From the NCBI GenBank assembly GCA_963704655.1, contig OY969927.1, forward strand, positions 512,001-576,000: DNA of 64,000 nucleotides, given 5' to 3'. Origin of the DNA: an uncultured Candidatus Babeliaceae bacterium (GTDB taxonomy: Bacteria; Babelota; Babeliae; Babelales; Babelaceae). The notes beneath the pieces are model-generated. The model was not told the DNA's origin and did not search any database. It saw only the letters and a program-made list of their open reading frames with translations. Made by a program: the position numbers and the translations under genes. Shown here piece after piece: positions 18,931 through 29,283 of the stretch. Every line of letters starts with the position of its first letter. Positions within the stretch are counted from its first letter, which is position 1.

Positions 18931-20649
18931 ATGCAACAGCGGATTCCCCTTAAAAAAATTGTGCTATTTTTTGTGACTTTAAGCATATGTCTTGCAGGTA
19001 TTGCCGCGCGGCTTGCCTATTTACAAGTGTTTCAGACACTCACGTTATTTAAGCTGAGTCAAAAAAACTTTTTACGCTTCGAAAAAATAATCTCTCCTCG
19101 GGGAAATATCGTTGACCGGAACAACCAGCTTCTTGCCACCAACCGCCCTGTGATTTCGCTCTATTGGCAAGGAACAGGCAATAAGCAGCTTACCCAAGAA
19201 CAGCTCTTGTTGCTTGCTACGATAGTGCAACATTTACCAGAAATTACCATTAATGAAACCGCGTTATTAGAAGCAGAAAAGCTTAATAAACAACACCTGC
19301 TTTTTGCCGATGTCCCTTTTGAAAATCTCAGCATTCTTATTGAGCAGTTTGCCCAACATCCAAACCTTGTTTACCAAACTGATTTTAAACGCTTTTATCC
19401 GCACAAAAATGTTGCGAGCCATGTTATTGGATATCTTGGTGGGTTACATTATGAAAATTCAGGAAAAATGGGTTTAGAGCGTTTTTGTGAAGAAGTCTTA
19501 AAGGGCCAACCGGGCCAGCTCGCAAAAACGGTTAATTCTCGCGGCAAACATTTAAGCAGTGAAAAGCAGAAAGATTCGTTAATAGGTGGCACCATTAATA
19601 CCACCCTTGATCTTGAATTGAGCTTAATCGCAGATACCGTATTTCCTGAAGATGTTCATGGTTCAATGATTATTATGGATTCACAAACGGGCGATTTACT
19701 GGTGGTTCTTTCACGACCATCATTTGATCCAAATATATTTTTGGATCCGCTGTCGATGGAAACATGGAACGATATTCAATCGGACCAACCCTTTTTAAAT
19801 CGCGCATCAAATGCCTGTTACCCGCCTGCATCGATATTCAAACTCGTTTCGATGGCAGCCGGCCTTGAAACAGGAATTCTTAACCAATCAGACATTTGGG
19901 TATGCCATGGCCATACAACGTTTGTCGGTCGCGATTATCACTGCTGGCAACGTAAGGGACATGGCATTATGACAATGCTTTCGGCAATTGCGCAGTCCTG
20001 CAATATTCCCTTTTATGAAGTAGGCAGAAAGATTAAAATCGACACGCTTGCTGAATATGCGACAAAACTCGGCTTAGGCCAATTAACTAATAGCATATTA
20101 CCAGAAAAGCCGGGCTTGATCCCCACACGCAAATGGAAACGTGAAACAAAGGGCGAATCGTGGTGGCCAGGCGAAACGCTTTCTGCCGCTATTGGACAAT
20201 CATTTATGCTGGTAACGCCTTTACAGATTACTCGCATGATCAATGCCATTTGCAGCGGCTACTTAGTTAAACCACGCATTTTAGTTGATGAACCGATAAT
20301 TAAAACTGAAGTTGAGCTTTTACCTGAAACACGCGATTTTCTTAAACGTTCTATGAAACAAAGTATTCAAGCTCATGGAACCAGTTCACGTTTAAAACAG
20401 TTAAAGAATTTTGAGATTTATGCAAAAACTGGTACCGGGCAAGTCAGCGCATTTGAAAAGCGTGAACAGGGGAAAGAGTTTCTTGAACAGGGATGGTTTG
20501 TTGGACATATTACTTACAAAGACAACCCATCATTTGTCATGGTTATTTTAATGGAACACGTTGGTTCTTCAAGCGTTGTTACAGCAGTCGCCCTTGATTA
20601 TCTTAAGCGCTATTTCAAACTTGTAGATGCACAAGAGCTTAAGGAATAG
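18931..20649 (+). CDS. mrdA: Penicillin-binding protein 2 (class B transpeptidase)
   Basis: N-terminal TM, PRGNIVDRN, SIFK (SxxK), SCN, AIGQ and KTGT. Confidence 0.9.
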   Translation: MQQRIPLKKIVLFFVTLSICLAGIAARLAYLQVFQTLTLFKLSQKNFLRFEKIISPRGNIVDRNNQLLATNRPVISLYWQGTGNKQLTQEQLLLLATIVQHLPEITINETALLEAEKLNKQHLLFADVPFENLSILIEQFAQHPNLVYQTDFKRFYPHKNVASHVIGYLGGLHYENSGKMGLERFCEEVLKGQPGQLAKTVNSRGKHLSSEKQKDSLIGGTINTTLDLELSLIADTVFPEDVHGSMIIMDSQTGDLLVVLSRPSFDPNIFLDPLSMETWNDIQSDQPFLNRASNACYPPASIFKLVSMAAGLETGILNQSDIWVCHGHTTFVGRDYHCWQRKGHGIMTMLSAIAQSCNIPFYEVGRKIKIDTLAEYATKLGLGQLTNSILPEKPGLIPTRKWKRETKGESWWPGETLSAAIGQSFMLVTPLQITRMINAICSGYLVKPRILVDEPIIKTEVELLPETRDFLKRSMKQSIQAHGTSSRLKQLKNFEIYAKTGTGQVSAFEKREQGKEFLEQGWFVGHITYKDNPSFVMVILMEHVGSSSVVTAVALDYLKRYFKLVDAQELKE

Positions 20650-20650
20650 T

Positions 20651-21385
20651 ATGTTTATAATTTTTATTAGTATCATGTTCCAATGTTCATCCATTCTAGC
20701 ATCAGAACAAACTAAACTTTCAAGGGCGCATCTTCTTGCATTTTATCAAGATTACGGTCTGAAAACTGAGCATCTTACTTTCGAAGGTTCTTCAAAGCTA
20801 TGGACAATAATTTATTTCAAACTTTACCCAAAAACTCATGCATATGCCGTTAAAAATGGCACCCGTATTGTACTTTCCCCTAAATTTAAAACATCACTCA
20901 GAGCAGCCATCACGGCTCATAGACCATTTGGTATCTTTGATCAACTTGCCTTACTTCACGAATATGCACACACCAGGCAAACAATCGTGAATACAATGTT
21001 GGAAAATGACTTAATACGCCAAATGGTTCTTAGCAAACTTGATTTCGAAATATTACCACGCTACAAAGATGAATTCTGTCCAGACCTTTTTGCATTAGGA
21101 AAAATGGCAGCATACGCGCCCTCTGATATCATCACTTTTTATGAGGAAAGACGCAGCATGTTTGATGATCTGAATAAACTTCTAGAAAATTCAAATAACC
21201 ATTCACTCAAATCACGCGTATTTAAGGTGCTATATACTGGAGATGGGGAGCACTTAAGCGAGGCAAACAAGTTACAACTTTTAAAAGTCATGAGTGACAT
21301 AACACAAAAAGCATCTCAAGCCGAACCAGATCAGATTTTGCCTGTTTCCCTGCTTCAATTTTTTAAGCAATTTCTACAGGGATGA
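20651..21385 (+). CDS. Secreted HExxH zinc-metalloprotease-like protein
   Basis: Signal peptide; LLHEYAH and downstream EFCPDLFA; paralog of 22656..23618. Confidence 0.65.
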   Translation: MFIIFISIMFQCSSILASEQTKLSRAHLLAFYQDYGLKTEHLTFEGSSKLWTIIYFKLYPKTHAYAVKNGTRIVLSPKFKTSLRAAITAHRPFGIFDQLALLHEYAHTRQTIVNTMLENDLIRQMVLSKLDFEILPRYKDEFCPDLFALGKMAAYAPSDIITFYEERRSMFDDLNKLLENSNNHSLKSRVFKVLYTGDGEHLSEANKLQLLKVMSDITQKASQAEPDQILPVSLLQFFKQFLQG

Positions 21386-21439
21386 TCCAGCAATATTCAC
21401 ATAAATCATCGGCAAGATATCTTTAAATTCTTAATTGTC

Positions 21440-21949
21440 TTAAGCGTAAAGAATCTTAATTAATTTTATAAGATCAGACTTTGCAGGTTCGCCAGCTTCG
21501 ATTTTTTGAATAAGTTCAGCCGGAGTGAGCCAATAATATTCACAGAAATCTTCTGGATTATAGACAGGCGCTTGATTGCTTTTAATTTCATAGACTGTCA
21601 TAAATGCCGAAACATTATGTTCAATGGGACTCAGGTAAGCCTTAACCTGGCAATTGCTCTCTTTAAGAATAAGCCCTGTCTCTTCCTGAAGTTCACGCTC
21701 AAACGCCTGATCATAGGTCTCACTACTTTGAACATGTCCCCCAACGCTTGTATCCAAGCCTAACGGGAAAAGTTCCTTAGTCGCAGTACGCCGAGGAATC
21801 CATAGTTGCCCCTTATCATTTACAATAAAAGCATTAACAACGCGAATATGGCGCATTTTTTGTTGATAAACAACAGAACGGAGTTCTGTTGCAATAACGA
21901 TATCATGATTATTCACTATATCGAGTAATTCGTCTTGTATCTGTATCAT
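21440..21949 (-). CDS. NUDIX hydrolase (IDI type 1/YfcD-like)
   Basis: GGHVQSSETYDQAFERELQEETGL Nudix box. Confidence 0.85.
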   Translation of the reverse strand: MIQIQDELLDIVNNHDIVIATELRSVVYQQKMRHIRVVNAFIVNDKGQLWIPRRTATKELFPLGLDTSVGGHVQSSETYDQAFERELQEETGLILKESNCQVKAYLSPIEHNVSAFMTVYEIKSNQAPVYNPEDFCEYYWLTPAELIQKIEAGEPAKSDLIKLIKILYA

Positions 21950-22644
21950 ATTTTCTTATTATTATCGGCTAAAGTTTTTTGCACAAACAGTTCTGCTCGC
22001 TGTTCTAGGTCTGAATATTCTAGAGATTGATCGATTAAAAAAAGGATAAGTACCATTAATGCTGCACCAGCAAGTAAGCCGCCACCTATTTTTGCAAAAA
22101 ATTTTGAATTCTCAAGATTTCTCAACGATTGAGCTGCACGTTCCCGCAAGGTTTCGTAATGATTATATAATTTTAGAACAACTTTTCCATGGCTATTTTG
22201 ATATACATCATACATGTTTATCGTATAAGAGGGGTTTGTATATTCACCTATTTCTCTACCTGCAAGTGCAAAACTTACAAGAGAACCCAGGCCTAAGCCT
22301 GCACATATAACTGAAGTTGCCCCTACTACAGGCCCGAATCTTTTCTTGCTGCAATAGTCAATCATTCCGAATTGGTATAAAAGATGGTAAGTATATACCT
22401 CTTGAACCCTTCCGGTAGATTTAATACTCTCAATGAGATCATGTGCAAGTACTATCTTTGACTGAAATATTAAATTTTTTGATTCAGTATCAGCAGTTTG
22501 GTCTGTTACGAAAATTATCCCTGATGAGTCAATGCCATAACTTCTATAGAAATCGTGCATCACCCGCTCAACACCAACGGTAATGGTCGCAGACAGTTCT
22601 ATGGTGAAGCATACTAAAAAATAGATGTTTTTTGGTAATCTCAT
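21946..22644 (-). CDS. Hypothetical membrane protein, possible degenerate paralog of the flanking HExxH proteins
   Basis: FYRSYGI, IVLA and HLLYQFG align loosely with the neighbours; two hydrophobic segments. Confidence 0.6.
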   Translation of the reverse strand: MRLPKNIYFLVCFTIELSATITVGVERVMHDFYRSYGIDSSGIIFVTDQTADTESKNLIFQSKIVLAHDLIESIKSTGRVQEVYTYHLLYQFGMIDYCSKKRFGPVVGATSVICAGLGLGSLVSFALAGREIGEYTNPSYTINMYDVYQNSHGKVVLKLYNHYETLRERAAQSLRNLENSKFFAKIGGGLLAGAALMVLILFLIDQSLEYSDLEQRAELFVQKTLADNNKKI

Positions 22645-22655
22645 ACTAAATTCTC

Positions 22656-23618
22656 TTATGATGCTATAGTTTTATTGTTTAAAAGTGATTTTACAAGCGC
22701 ATATCGTTCAAATTCTGTTAAATATTCACGCTCAATGAATACCTCAGGCACAACGGTTTCTTGCTCCTGGAAATAAACTAGGGCGTATTCTTCAAGCTCG
22801 CTTTGTGAAAAATGATTGAATGCAAAAACATCAGCATCCCGTTCCTCAAGTACCGTAGCCATATGCCCTTTAAATTGAGGATTCAGGTAATTCAACTTTG
22901 TTTTTTCAAAAGTATCAGTAACTTTTTGTGATTCTGAAACATTATATAAAAATGGAATTAATGACACTACAGCAGCAACAGAAGTTGCTCCAAGCATCAC
23001 TAACCAACCATTCTCAACAAATGATACCGTTGATGGTGATGCCTTGAAGTGGTTCACCATATCCAATGCAATTGCGCCAATAATAACTTCGAATACCAAT
23101 GAACCTGCAACCACAAAAAATGGAAATAAACGATCTGCACCTTTCTCACACGCTTTTTCATAGTCAACGCCATAGGGAAAAAGGTGACCAACTTCATGCA
23201 GAAGAACATACTTATCATAAATAGTTAATTGACCAGTCTGCTGTAGTGAATATTTGATCGATGCAATCATTTGGGGGGAAAGAACAATAGCGTTCTTTTC
23301 AAGGATAGCAAATGCATATGCATCTAAGTTCTTCCAAAATCCATCAGCGCCATCATCAAATTCAAATGTACCACTATTCAGATCAAATCGTGGTGCCGGC
23401 AAAGGACCCGACAGTGAAAAGCTTTTTTTTAATTTACTTAAACCTATTTTTTTAAATTCAAAGCCTTTTGATGCCAAATAATCTCTGCAAACCTTTTCTA
23501 CTTCTTTATCTAGCCAACCAAGCTCATATTCGGGAAATATCTGCATCATTTTTGTAAGCACCGGAGAGACACTCAGCACTGACAAAATGAGTAAGATAAA
23601 GTATTTTTTAAAATTCAT
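22656..23618 (-). CDS. HExxH zinc metalloprotease-like membrane protein (M48-like)
   Basis: LLHEVGH, two TM helices, then EERDADVFA. Confidence 0.65.
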   Translation of the reverse strand: MNFKKYFILLILSVLSVSPVLTKMMQIFPEYELGWLDKEVEKVCRDYLASKGFEFKKIGLSKLKKSFSLSGPLPAPRFDLNSGTFEFDDGADGFWKNLDAYAFAILEKNAIVLSPQMIASIKYSLQQTGQLTIYDKYVLLHEVGHLFPYGVDYEKACEKGADRLFPFFVVAGSLVFEVIIGAIALDMVNHFKASPSTVSFVENGWLVMLGATSVAAVVSLIPFLYNVSESQKVTDTFEKTKLNYLNPQFKGHMATVLEERDADVFAFNHFSQSELEEYALVYFQEQETVVPEVFIEREYLTEFERYALVKSLLNNKTIAS

Positions 23619-23632
23619 AGCTATTTTCTTTC

Positions 23633-23681
23633 AAAAAAAAGGGAAAAGGGTGATTCTACAATCACCCTTTTCCCTTTTTTT
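23633..23681. terminator. Intrinsic terminator after rpsT
   Basis: aaaaaaaagggaaaagggtgatt/aatcacccttttccctttttttt. Confidence 0.8.
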
Positions 23682-23700
23682 ATTCTTTAATGTGCTGCGC

Positions 23701-24090
23701 TTACTTAGCTTTTGACTTAACAGCCGCAGACTTAACAGTCGCTGACTTAGTAGCCTTAGCCTTAACAGCCACTGACTTTGCAGCAGCAGACTTGCTCACC
23801 ACAGTTTTTTTAACCGTAGCAGGATTAGCAGCTTTAGCAACACGTAGTGATAATCTGCTCAATTTACGAGCAGCGGTATTTCTGTGGATAATGTTTTTTC
23901 CACGAGCACGGTACAGTTTTGCTGCAACGTCTTTTAAAAGCACTTGAATATCTTGTTCGCTTGAACCAGCTTCAACAGCTAAAATAACTTTTTTAGTTGC
24001 TGTTTTAATAGCAGTTCTACGTGCAAGGTTTCTTTGTGCGCGCGCAATATTTTGTAATGCGTTTTTCTTAGCTGACTTAGTATTAGCCAT
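23701..24090 (-). CDS. rpsT: 30S ribosomal protein S20 with a Lys/Ala-rich C-terminal extension
   Basis: MANTKSAKK...IHRNTAARKLSRL. Confidence 0.93.
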   Translation of the reverse strand: MANTKSAKKNALQNIARAQRNLARRTAIKTATKKVILAVEAGSSEQDIQVLLKDVAAKLYRARGKNIIHRNTAARKLSRLSLRVAKAANPATVKKTVVSKSAAAKSVAVKAKATKSATVKSAAVKSKAK

Positions 24091-24115
24091 GCGTTTCTAT
24101 CTTTCTTCTATAAAA

Positions 24116-24316
24116 TTAAATTACTTTTTGTACTTTTCTTGCTTTAACACATTTAGTGCAAACACTACCACGGTGTACAGTTGTTCCTGAAGAAGGAGTT
24201 GTGTAACGCATTGGATGAACGTTTGGGTATACCCATTTTTTAGTCTTATTGTTTGCGTGGCTCACGATATTCGCAACATGAGGACGTTTATCGCATACAG
24301 AACATATACGTGACAT
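24116..24316 (-). CDS. rpmB: 50S ribosomal protein L28 (Zn-ribbon type)
   Basis: MSRICSVC...VSHANNKTKKWVYPNVH...CTKC. Confidence 0.93.
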   Translation of the reverse strand: MSRICSVCDKRPHVANIVSHANNKTKKWVYPNVHPMRYTTPSSGTTVHRGSVCTKCVKARKVQKVI

Positions 24317-24453
24317 TTTTAAGGTTCCTTTCACCAGGAGTATATAACACGAGGTTATTGGTTATTTTTTTGTTTACTTTTTTATCAAATTTTAGACACA
24401 TTAACCAGTTTAACAAACTTCTCAGTTTATTCAACCCTCCGTTTCTTATCCAT

Positions 24454-24555
24454 GCCTTCCTATTACGCTAAAGCTTCGTAGGACGCGACCGGCCCTGTAC
24501 TTCGTAGCTACACTAAGTAGCGAAGTAGTATTGGCAAGCTTTGGGCGGGCAGGGC
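24454..24555. repeat. Cluster of GC-rich palindromic mini-elements (family B) downstream of ftsH
   Basis: tcctattacgctaaagcttcgtagga and tacttcgtagct...agcgaagta hairpins. Confidence 0.6.
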
Positions 24556-24563
24556 TCTAACTT

Positions 24564-27227
24564 CTAAACTGGCTCACCAGAAGTGGTATCTTCTGCTGGA
24601 ACCAGCCTATGGCTTTCACGGGGTGTAATACCCAAGAGCGCATAAGCCTCATCAGCAAACAGAGTCTCTTTCTCAAGAACGGCCATAGCAAGCTTTTCAA
24701 GCTTATCACGGTTATCTTTAAGAATCTGTAATGCCCGAGCATACTGCGTATCGATAATAGCCTTGATCTCTTGGTCTATAATACGTGCTGTTTCAGGAGA
24801 ATAAGCATAGCTTGAATACTGATTATCATAAATAACAGCGCCCAACTTATCGGACATACCGTACTGACACACCATCTGATGCGCACGTGCAGTAGCGGAC
24901 CTAAAGTCACTCCCTGCACCCGTTGATATCTTGCTAAAAACAAGCTCTTCGGCCGCACGACCACCCAAAGAAACGGCTATATCGGCCAATATCTCAGCCT
25001 TTGAAGTTGAATATTTCTCTTTTTCTTGGATATAATGGGTTACGCCAAGCGCTGGGCCTCGTGGCAAAATGGTTAATTTGTATAAAGGCTGAGTCTCTTC
25101 AGGAAGCATTAATGAAACAAGCGCGTGACCACCTTCATGGTACGCTGTCATCTTAAGCTCTTCTGGTGACATCTTAATAGAATGCATCTGCTTACCCATA
25201 ATAATGATATCACGGGCCTCATCAAAATCATGAATATCGACTTGTTTTTTTTCATGCTTAGCTGCCAAGATAGCAGCTTCATTAACTAAATTAGCTATCG
25301 ATGCGCCAGAAAATCCAACCGTACCGCGAGCAATAACATCCAACTTAACAGTAGGATCGTAGGGAACTGAACGTAAATGAACCGCTAAAATCTCTTCACG
25401 AGCTTTAATATTAGGGTATGGCACTTCAACCTTGCGATCAAATCGACCCGGTCGCAGTAAAGCGCTGTCAAGAATATCTGCTCTATTAGTAGCAGCGATC
25501 ACAATAACCGCTGAACGAGCCGTAGCAAAGCCATCCATTTCAGTAAGTAACTGGTTTAATGTCTGCGCATATTCACGGTCACCACCAGAATCACTTCGCT
25601 TAATACCAATAGCGTCGATCTCATCTATAAAGACAATACTTGGAGAATGCTTACGCGCCTGAGCAAATAACTCACGCACACGTTTAGCACCCACACCAAC
25701 ATACTGTTCAATAAACGATGAACCACTGACAGCAAAAAATGGCCTGCCTGATTCACCCGCTATAGCGCGCGCAAGTAAGGTTTTACCATTTCCTGGGTCT
25801 CCCGTTAAAAGAACACCCTTAGGAATTTGGGCACCCAAGCGTGTATATTTTTCTGGACGAATTAAAAAATCAACAACTTCTTGAAGTTCTTCTTTTGCTT
25901 CATAAGCTCCAGCAACATCGGTAAATTTTGTTTTAACCTGAACCGGCATAAACATCGCCACTTGGGCATTGCCCTCTGCACTTTCAGTGCTACGTGATTC
26001 TAGAATATGCTTATGCGCACGTTCAATATCTTTAGCAGTAATAAAACTTCTATCATTACGAGTTGCAAAAAGGGCAGCCTGATTCATTAAATGTGCCAAA
26101 TCTGCACCACTAAAACCGGCAGTTTCACCTGCAATAACGGCATAATCTACCGATTCATCAACCTTTAAAACACGAGCATGAACCTTTAAAATATCCACAC
26201 GTGCTTGAAAATCTGGAAACGGGATAACGATGCGACGGTCAAATCGTCCCGGACGCAATAGAGCCTTATCCAAAACTTCAGGTCTATTGGTTGCAGCAAT
26301 AACTATAACCGGAATTCCCTGTGAATCAAAGCCGTCTAATTCTGTTAATAACTGATTTAATGTCTGTTCACGCTCATCATTACCACCACCAATACCAGCA
26401 CCGCGTTCACGGCCCACAGCATCAATTTCATCAATAAAGATAATACATGGCGCAAGCTTGCGCGCTTGAGCAAAAAGGTCACGTACACGTGCCGCACCAA
26501 CACCTACAAAAACTTCTATGAAATCTGAACCGGTCGTTGAAAGAAATGGGCAATGTGCTTCGCCTGCAAGCGCTTTTGCGAGTAATGTTTTACCATTACC
26601 AGGCTCACCGATAAAGAGTACGCCTCGAGGAACATGAGCACCGGAACGTTTATATTTTTCTGGATATTTAAGATAATCGATAATATCCTGCAATGCCTCT
26701 TTAGCCTCAGTTGCTCCTGCAACATCTGTGAATCGTGTTTGAATCTCGTTGGGCATAAAGACGCGGGCTTTGTTTTTACTTAAACCAAAAATGCCACCGC
26801 CGCCTGAATCTTTTGGGTTCATCATTTTACGATAAAAAAACCAAATGCCTACAGGAATTATCACAAACCCGAGCACGAGTATAAGCCACTGCCACCAATT
26901 TGATTGGTTTGCAGGAATAATCGTGATTTTAAGATCACTGTTTCTGCTTGAAAGGTGCTCAATATCTTTTTGGTACCCTTCAGGAAGAATCGTTTTAAAT
27001 GGTTCGCCGCTTACCAACTCACCACTTGCCTCTTGGCCGTTAATATCTACCGTTTTTATCTGCTTATTATCGATATTATGCAAGAACTCAGAAAAGGTAA
27101 AAACCTTAACTGCACGCAAATTATCAATTATAGGCGCAACAAGCAAAAAAAGAGCCGCGCAGGTTAGCAATGCAAAAAAGGCTATGCGTGGATCTATGGG
27201 AAACTGTTTAAATCTATTTTTTTTCAT
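24564..27227 (-). CDS. ftsH: FtsH ATP-dependent zinc metalloprotease with two tandem AAA+ modules
   Basis: Two TM helices. [23 protein letters not shown], then [23 protein letters not shown]. Protease motifs HEGGH and GGRAAEE. Confidence 0.93.
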   Translation of the reverse strand: MKKNRFKQFPIDPRIAFFALLTCAALFLLVAPIIDNLRAVKVFTFSEFLHNIDNKQIKTVDINGQEASGELVSGEPFKTILPEGYQKDIEHLSSRNSDLKITIIPANQSNWWQWLILVLGFVIIPVGIWFFYRKMMNPKDSGGGGIFGLSKNKARVFMPNEIQTRFTDVAGATEAKEALQDIIDYLKYPEKYKRSGAHVPRGVLFIGEPGNGKTLLAKALAGEAHCPFLSTTGSDFIEVFVGVGAARVRDLFAQARKLAPCIIFIDEIDAVGRERGAGIGGGNDEREQTLNQLLTELDGFDSQGIPVIVIAATNRPEVLDKALLRPGRFDRRIVIPFPDFQARVDILKVHARVLKVDESVDYAVIAGETAGFSGADLAHLMNQAALFATRNDRSFITAKDIERAHKHILESRSTESAEGNAQVAMFMPVQVKTKFTDVAGAYEAKEELQEVVDFLIRPEKYTRLGAQIPKGVLLTGDPGNGKTLLARAIAGESGRPFFAVSGSSFIEQYVGVGAKRVRELFAQARKHSPSIVFIDEIDAIGIKRSDSGGDREYAQTLNQLLTEMDGFATARSAVIVIAATNRADILDSALLRPGRFDRKVEVPYPNIKAREEILAVHLRSVPYDPTVKLDVIARGTVGFSGASIANLVNEAAILAAKHEKKQVDIHDFDEARDIIIMGKQMHSIKMSPEELKMTAYHEGGHALVSLMLPEETQPLYKLTILPRGPALGVTHYIQEKEKYSTSKAEILADIAVSLGGRAAEELVFSKISTGAGSDFRSATARAHQMVCQYGMSDKLGAVIYDNQYSSYAYSPETARIIDQEIKAIIDTQYARALQILKDNRDKLEKLAMAVLEKETLFADEAYALLGITPRESHRLVPAEDTTSGEPV

Positions 27228-27316
27228 AAAGACCTTATCTAGAGATGTGCTTTAGAATTTACTGAATATTAACTAATTATACGCATTTACTATGTTTCTG
27301 TCGAGTTGCCTGACCG

Positions 27317-27351
27317 CCGCTCTGTCACCCTGAACCGCGTTCAGCATGACA
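27317..27351. repeat. Palindromic mini-element, family A-related
   Basis: ccgctctgtcaccctgaaccgcgttcagcatgaca hairpin in AT-rich intergenic DNA. Confidence 0.45.
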
Positions 27352-27434
27352 CTACATACAACTCTTGATTTAAAGCAACTAAAAAACTACTCTTGAAATT
27401 AAAATCTTATATATTCAAAAATATGGAGCTTTAC

Positions 27435-28007
27435 ATGATTCATAACCATGATCATTTTGAAAAAGACGTTACAGCAGCGGCAAAAAAGCAGCTATACAAA
27501 CATGCCAGCTGGTTCTTAGCACTTGGGATAAGTTTAGTTGCACTTGGTACGCTTGCTATCTATTTTTCAGCATTTAGTACCCTTATCTCTATCTTTTATT
27601 TAGGTCTATTACTTATCGTTTTTGGCATCTTTGAAACTGTTCAATCGACAAACTTAACCCACTGGAGCAGTTTTTTTCTGCATCTATTTTTAGGAGTTAT
27701 TTATATTGTCGGCGGCGGCTTAATTATTGCCCACCCACTGGTGAGTGAAATTAACATCACGCTTTTATTAGCATTCTTTTTTATTGTCGGCGGCTTGTTA
27801 AAAACAATCTTTGCCCTTACGCACCACATGGTTAATAAAGGCTGGCGTATCCTTGACGGCGTCATCACCCTGCTTTTGGGGATTCTTATTTTACAAGAAT
27901 GGCCAGAATCCGGACTCTGGGTTATCGGCATGTTTGTTGGCATTAATATGCTTCTTACTGGCTGGACATGGATTATGCTTTCATATGCCGCAAAACAGCT
28001 AAAATAA
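27435..28007 (+). CDS. HdeD/DUF308 family membrane protein
   Basis: Six TM helices; WFLALGI...WPESGLWVIGMFVGI pattern; GGAG before ATG 27435. Confidence 0.82.
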   Translation: MIHNHDHFEKDVTAAAKKQLYKHASWFLALGISLVALGTLAIYFSAFSTLISIFYLGLLLIVFGIFETVQSTNLTHWSSFFLHLFLGVIYIVGGGLIIAHPLVSEINITLLLAFFFIVGGLLKTIFALTHHMVNKGWRILDGVITLLLGILILQEWPESGLWVIGMFVGINMLLTGWTWIMLSYAAKQLK

Positions 28008-28009
28008 AA

Positions 28010-28777
28010 TTACTTTATACACTCGTAAATTAATAACGGCGCCTGCACATCTGTTGCGGGCGTTTTGTTATAGTCCTGATATTTTTGAATCTTGGTAAAG
28101 CCAGCATCACGTAAGTATGTTTCAAATTCATCAAAATTATAGAGATACATATAAAAATCTTCAGTTTCGATAGCATCAATAACACTGCCTATAATAGATT
28201 CATAACGGCAAATCGATTTAAAGATTTGTGTTTCTGGGTTATATGTTGGAAATGTGTTAAGCGCGATATATGAACCATCAGCCCGCGTAACGACACCGCG
28301 ACACCACATATTCAATGTTTTTGGTGCAGAGGCAACCGTTTCGATATCCACCACAAACTTCCCGCCAGGAAGTAGCGAATCATACATAATCTTTAAACTT
28401 TTTTTGGAATCTTCAAGATTCTGCATAAGGCCCCATGAACCATAGGGGACAAAAATTAATTGGTATTGCGTATCGCTTGAAAAATCTTGCACAAACTGTT
28501 CCCAAACGGGCGGCTGCTCTGTGCTGATAGCTGCATATTTCTCCTTTAGGGCTTCCAGCATATGCGGCGAGGCATCAAAGCCTTCTATTTCTAAACCTGC
28601 TTGCGCAATAGGTATTAAAAATCTGCCCGTTCCACACATCGGCTCTACAATATTACCCTGGGCATTTTTTGCATAGTCCATATAAAAATCAAGGGCTTGC
28701 TGATCATGCGGGTGCTGCTCAAGATCATAAAATTCAGTACATAAGTTTAAATAAGTAGTTAAGGGCAATCGGGTCAT
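28010..28777 (-). CDS. Class I SAM-dependent methyltransferase
   Basis: VEPMCGTGR, GFDASPHML and LLPGGKFV. Confidence 0.85.
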   Translation of the reverse strand: MTRLPLTTYLNLCTEFYDLEQHPHDQQALDFYMDYAKNAQGNIVEPMCGTGRFLIPIAQAGLEIEGFDASPHMLEALKEKYAAISTEQPPVWEQFVQDFSSDTQYQLIFVPYGSWGLMQNLEDSKKSLKIMYDSLLPGGKFVVDIETVASAPKTLNMWCRGVVTRADGSYIALNTFPTYNPETQIFKSICRYESIIGSVIDAIETEDFYMYLYNFDEFETYLRDAGFTKIQKYQDYNKTPATDVQAPLLIYECIK

Positions 28778-28869
28778 AAGGTATTTCTTTATATTAAATT
28801 TTTATGTGGCATAGTATGCTTTTTATAAGTATAACTATACTAAACCCTGACTAAAAGAGTTGGATAACA

Positions 28870-29223
28870 ATGAAAAAATTATTATGCATGGCAAGTGTAC
28901 TATTATTGTTTTTAAGCGATAGATGTTTCTGTTACAACGAAAAATTAGCACAAGATATAAAGCGGGCGCAAGCATTATATTTCTTTCAGCTTCAACTAAA
29001 ACTTTTTGAAAAATTACCAAATAGTTTTAGTTCTGAAAAAAGAGTTCAACAGATAGGCAAAAAACATGGATATTTATCACCGGGTGTATTTAAAAGATAT
29101 CAAAAGCTTAATGCTTTACGAATATTAAATGCACATAAAGAACCAGATGCATTACGCAAACCAAATAAAAAGCTTGTAACGTACGCTGAAAAATTGTTAA
29201 CCGAATTACGGCAAGAACAATAG
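28870..29223 (+). CDS. Hypothetical secreted basic protein
   Basis: Signal-like N-terminus; 117 aa; terminator follows. Confidence 0.55.
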   Translation: MKKLLCMASVLLLFLSDRCFCYNEKLAQDIKRAQALYFFQLQLKLFEKLPNSFSSEKRVQQIGKKHGYLSPGVFKRYQKLNALRILNAHKEPDALRKPNKKLVTYAEKLLTELRQEQ

Positions 29224-29228
29224 CATAA

Positions 29229-29259
29229 AAGCAGGAAGAGATTTCTCCCTTCCTGCTTA
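29229..29259. terminator. Bidirectional terminator between convergent genes
   Basis: aagcaggaag...cttcctgctt. Confidence 0.65.
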
Positions 29260-29283
29260 TTTCAAAATATCTCTATAAAAAAA

